The notes beneath the pieces are model-generated. The model worked only from the letters and a program-made list of their open reading frames with translations, made no database searches and was not told the origin of the DNA. Source: Clostridiaceae bacterium (lineage in GTDB: Bacteria; Bacillota; Clostridia; Oscillospirales; Acutalibacteraceae). From it: a stretch of DNA of 38,001 nt. The stretch lies in NCBI GenBank assembly GCA_016290515.1, contig JAEEUJ010000001.1:1-38001 (forward strand), in the 5' to 3' direction. Every line of letters begins with the position of its first letter. The first letter of the stretch is position 1. Position numbers and translations under genes: made by a program. Of the stretch, positions 35,261-38,001 are shown one piece after another.

Positions 35261-35295
35261 CAAAAAAATACTGTCGGTAGTATGACCGACAGTAT
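35261..35295 (-). terminator. Strong rho-independent terminator after the BY-kinase gene
   Basis: The minus strand reads atactgtcgg-tcatacta-ccgacagtat followed by TTTTTTTG. Confidence 0.88.
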
Positions 35296-35321
35296 CAATT
35301 GGCAAATATTGTGTTTTTGGT

Positions 35322-36824
35322 TTATTTTTTCTTCTTTTTCGACGATTCCGAACCGTAGCCGTAACCGTAACCGTATCCATAGCCGTAGCCGTAGCCCTTG
35401 CCGTAGCCGTAACCGTAACCGTATCTCTTGCCGTAGAACTTAACCCTGCCCGAGCCTTCCGAGTGATTGAAAATGCAGCCGATAATTTCGGTGCCTGAAT
35501 TCTCAAAGTTGTCAACGGCTCTCTTGATTCTTCTGGCAGAAGCGAAGTCCTGCTTAACTACGAGAACGATAGTATCTGCATACGCAGCGAGGATAGAAGC
35601 ATCGGCGATAATTCCGCAGGGAGCGGTATCTATAATAACGTAGTCGAACTCCTTCTTGGCGGATTCAATAATCTCCTCCATCTTGGGTGAGGAAAGAATT
35701 TCAGTCGAATTCTCAACCGCAAGGCTAGAGACGAGCACGAAAAGCTGATACTTCTCGGAATACTTGATCGATTCCTTAAGCGTCTTTTTGCCCGAAACGA
35801 TGCCGCAAACGCCCTCGTCGTCCGTTGCGGCAAAGCCGAGAGTCTTCGCAACCGAAGGCTTACGAAGGTCGGCGTCTATGAGGAGAACAGACTTGCCGTT
35901 CTGCGCAAGGGAAAGAGCAATATTGGTAGCACTTGTAGTCTTACCTTCATTGGCAAGAGTACTTGTAACAATAATCGTCTTATAATTCTGTCTTGAAGCG
36001 GCGTGCTCAATCTTTGTTCTGATAAGCTTATACGCCTCAATGAACGCGAAACCGGTCTTTTTATCGGTGATAAGAATGCCCTGCTTTGCCTCGCCCTTCT
36101 TGACTTTCCTGTTAACTCTGTTGAGCGTACCGAGAACCTTCATGCCGAGCTTCGAGGAGATATCGTCTGAGTTCTTGATTGTATCCTTGAATATTACGGC
36201 AGCAATAATTACAAGGCATGTACCGCCGAAACCGACTATAAATCCGAGTAACGAATAAATTATCATGCTGTTATTCGCGTTCGGCTTTTCTGCTTTAAGA
36301 GGAGGGTCGATAACCGTAAGTGCAGTATTGGGAATAGCTGTTTCAATCTCTTCCTGATAATTGTCAACATAAGCCTGAGCTATGGCGTATGCGCTGTCAG
36401 GATTCGTGGTCGTAACCGTAAGATAAACGATAGCAGTGTCCTCAACCGACTTAACCGATACGCAGCGTTTGATATCGTCAGGAGTTGCGTCATATCCGCA
36501 GGAAGCCGCAACCTTGGTAGCAAGCTCGGTCGTAGTAAAAACGTACTTAAACGTTTCGGCCAGTGTAGCCGAAGCTATAAGGTCCGAGTTGGACTGACCG
36601 GCAACAGTGATTGCCGAGGACTTGTTGCTGGCGATAAACATAATCTGCGAAGAATACTTAGGCGTGTAATTAAGCTTCGCAACCGCAAAACCGATTGAAG
36701 CGCAGAGAATTGCAACAAGAGCTATAACAAGCCATTTGTCAAGCAGCTTTTTGCCGTATATCAACAATTTGTCCAGGCTGAGCCCTTCCTCGTAATCTTT
36801 TTTAGATTCAGAACTGTAATTCAT
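35322..36824 (-). CDS. Fused Wzz-domain / BY-family tyrosine autokinase (polysaccharide co-polymerase) with a (YG)n tail
   Basis: The N-terminal Wzz-like segment has TM1 (WLVIALVAILCASIGFAV) and TM2 (IIYSLLGFIVGFGGTCLVIIAAVIF). Walker A is TLANEGKTT, Walker A' is LLIDADLRKPS and Walker B is DYVIIDTAP. The C-terminal tail is FYGKRYGYGYGYGKGYGYGYGYGYGYGYGSESSKKKKK. Confidence 0.88.
   Translation of the reverse strand: MNYSSESKKDYEEGLSLDKLLIYGKKLLDKWLVIALVAILCASIGFAVAKLNYTPKYSSQIMFIASNKSSAITVAGQSNSDLIASATLAETFKYVFTTTELATKVAASCGYDATPDDIKRCVSVKSVEDTAIVYLTVTTTNPDSAYAIAQAYVDNYQEEIETAIPNTALTVIDPPLKAEKPNANNSMIIYSLLGFIVGFGGTCLVIIAAVIFKDTIKNSDDISSKLGMKVLGTLNRVNRKVKKGEAKQGILITDKKTGFAFIEAYKLIRTKIEHAASRQNYKTIIVTSTLANEGKTTSATNIALSLAQNGKSVLLIDADLRKPSVAKTLGFAATDDEGVCGIVSGKKTLKESIKYSEKYQLFVLVSSLAVENSTEILSSPKMEEIIESAKKEFDYVIIDTAPCGIIADASILAAYADTIVLVVKQDFASARRIKRAVDNFENSGTEIIGCIFNHSEGSGRVKFYGKRYGYGYGYGKGYGYGYGYGYGYGYGSESSKKKKK
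35352..35435 (-). repeat. In-frame hexanucleotide (GGYTAC-type) repeat encoding the Tyr-Gly cluster
   Basis: The plus strand reads ccgtagccgtaaccgtaaccgtatccatagccgtagccgtagcc...gccgtagccgtaaccgtaaccgta. This encodes 12 Tyr within 28 residues. Confidence 0.85.
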
Positions 36825-36908
36825 TTTACTCTCCTCTTTTATGAAATCATATAATCACGCATAGTATTTTAACATAAATACAATCAATATACAACAATAA
36901 ATTTGTTT

Positions 36909-38001
36909 TTAGTCCAAATTTCTGAGCGTAATTCCCTTGTCCTCAATCTTCAATTCCTTGTTGCAGATTTCGTACGCAGCGCTCTTGTGTGAAATGATTA
37001 TGCAGGTCTTTTCGTTAAGGCCTCTGATATTCTCGAGCAACTGCTTTTCGGTTGCCTCGTCAAGCGCGCTCGTCGCCTCGTCGAGCAACAGTATCGGCGC
37101 ACCCGTAAGCACGGCACGTGCGATGGCGAGCCGCTGAACCTGACCTTCGGACAGTCCGTGACCGTTTTCGAGAAGCACGGTGTCCAGTCCGTCGGGAAGT
37201 TCTTTAATAAATTCGTCGGCGCAGCTGATAACCGCCGCCTTCATAATCTCCTCATCGCTTGCTGTGTCGTTAACAAATCTGAGATTATCTCTGATGGTAC
37301 CGCTGAAGAGCATATTGCCCTGCGGCACGTAAGCAAACAGCGGACGCGTGTACTTGTCGACTGCGTATTCGCTGCTGCCCGAAATAATACTTATCTTGCC
37401 TTCGTCAACGGGCAGAACTCCGACGAGCAGTTTGAACAGCGTGCTCTTTCCGATGCCGGAAATACCTGAAATCATAATGAAATCGTTTTTCTTTATATCA
37501 AAGCTTCCGTTTTCGAGCACCGTATCTCTGTCATAGCTGAAGCTTACACCGTCAAATCTGATGCAATCGAGCTCATCATAAAGCTTTTTCGTATCAACGT
37601 CGGGTGAGTTGACAGCCTTGCTCTGCTGCATATTTTCAATTTCAATAATTCTCTCAGCCGAGGAAAGCATCGAATAGTACTGCGGTACTATTCCCGACAG
37701 TCCCGTGAAGGGTGTCTGGACCTGACCTATAAGCTGAATGATGGCGGTCAGCGTGCCGAAGGAAATAGTTCCCGCGCAAAGCTTCAGTCCGCCCCATACA
37801 AGGCCGAACAGATAACCGAGTGAAAACGCGGCAGAGAAGCCGAGATTCGCAAAAATTGACCAGCGGTTCTTTCTTATCTTGGCTTTGTAGTTTTCCTGCT
37901 GAAGGCCGTCGGCGTTTTTGCGTATCTTGGAAGCTACGCCGAAAATCTTGACAACCAGCAGGCTCTCTATAGCCTCCTGCATAAACGAGCGCACCTCACC
38001 G
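36909..38001 (-). CDS. ABC exporter (fused permease + ATPase), truncated at the N-terminus by the window edge
   Basis: The frame is open to position 38001. The last ~2 TM helices are followed by an NBD with Walker A GISGIGKST, signature LSEGQVQRLAIARA and Walker B ILLLDEATSALD. Confidence 0.88.
   Translation of the reverse strand, partial: GEVRSFMQEAIESLLVVKIFGVASKIRKNADGLQQENYKAKIRKNRWSIFANLGFSAAFSLGYLFGLVWGGLKLCAGTISFGTLTAIIQLIGQVQTPFTGLSGIVPQYYSMLSSAERIIEIENMQQSKAVNSPDVDTKKLYDELDCIRFDGVSFSYDRDTVLENGSFDIKKNDFIMISGISGIGKSTLFKLLVGVLPVDEGKISIISGSSEYAVDKYTRPLFAYVPQGNMLFSGTIRDNLRFVNDTASDEEIMKAAVISCADEFIKELPDGLDTVLLENGHGLSEGQVQRLAIARAVLTGAPILLLDEATSALDEATEKQLLENIRGLNEKTCIIISHKSAAYEICNKELKIEDKGITLRNLD

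Noticed and set aside
35249-35515. An 88-aa minus-strand ORF overlapping the end of the BY-kinase gene (TVTVTATARATATAMDTVTVTATV...).
   Set aside because: It is an out-of-frame reading of the hexanucleotide (YG)n repeat. It runs through the strong terminator at 35261-35295.
1-38001. The possibility that the surface/pilus block is a horizontally acquired island or mobile element.
   Set aside because: The window has no integrase, transposase, tRNA attachment site or flanking direct repeats. All genes share orientation and similar SD usage. Compositional analysis would be needed, and I could not compute it reliably by eye.

Overview
This 38-kb chromosomal segment most likely comes from a Clostridia-class Firmicute. 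That assignment is an inference from the rny-ymdB pair, an SLH-anchored surface protein, a YfhO-family protein and strong AGGAGG-type ribosome-binding (SD) sites. All 24 supported CDSs are on the minus strand. I saw no rRNA, tRNA, CRISPR array, transposase or integrase.

In the direction of transcription (right to left) the window contains:
- A 5'-truncated ABC exporter and a fused Wzz/BY-tyrosine kinase with a (YG)n tail.
- A ~17-kb type IV pilus (T4P) locus with its own promoter and terminators. Its genes are a PilP-like protein, a LysM + secretin-N0/N1-repeat protein with no secretin pore domain, PilT, PilC, PilM, PilN, PilO and PilB. These are followed by a ~580-aa GspK/PilX-like pseudopilin, a 1312-aa protein with a pilin leader, a 391-aa pilin with an unusual C-terminal module, and a separately promoted 137-aa major pilin.
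- A YfhO-family membrane protein and a 1536-aa BspA-type LRR/SLH surface protein.
- Housekeeping genes: rny, ymdB, an orphan SBP lipoprotein, recG, a LysM/G5/M23 peptidase, an rlmD-like methyltransferase and a P-loop protein.

The most unusual content is in the T4P locus. It has a secretin-less PilQ-like/PilP-like pair, three oversized modular pilins, and duplicated promoter/operator modules in front of the major pilin. A REPIN-like compound palindrome lies just downstream of the pilin terminators.

All domain calls come from motif reading by eye. No HMM, BLAST or structure search was possible, so I cannot establish novelty here.
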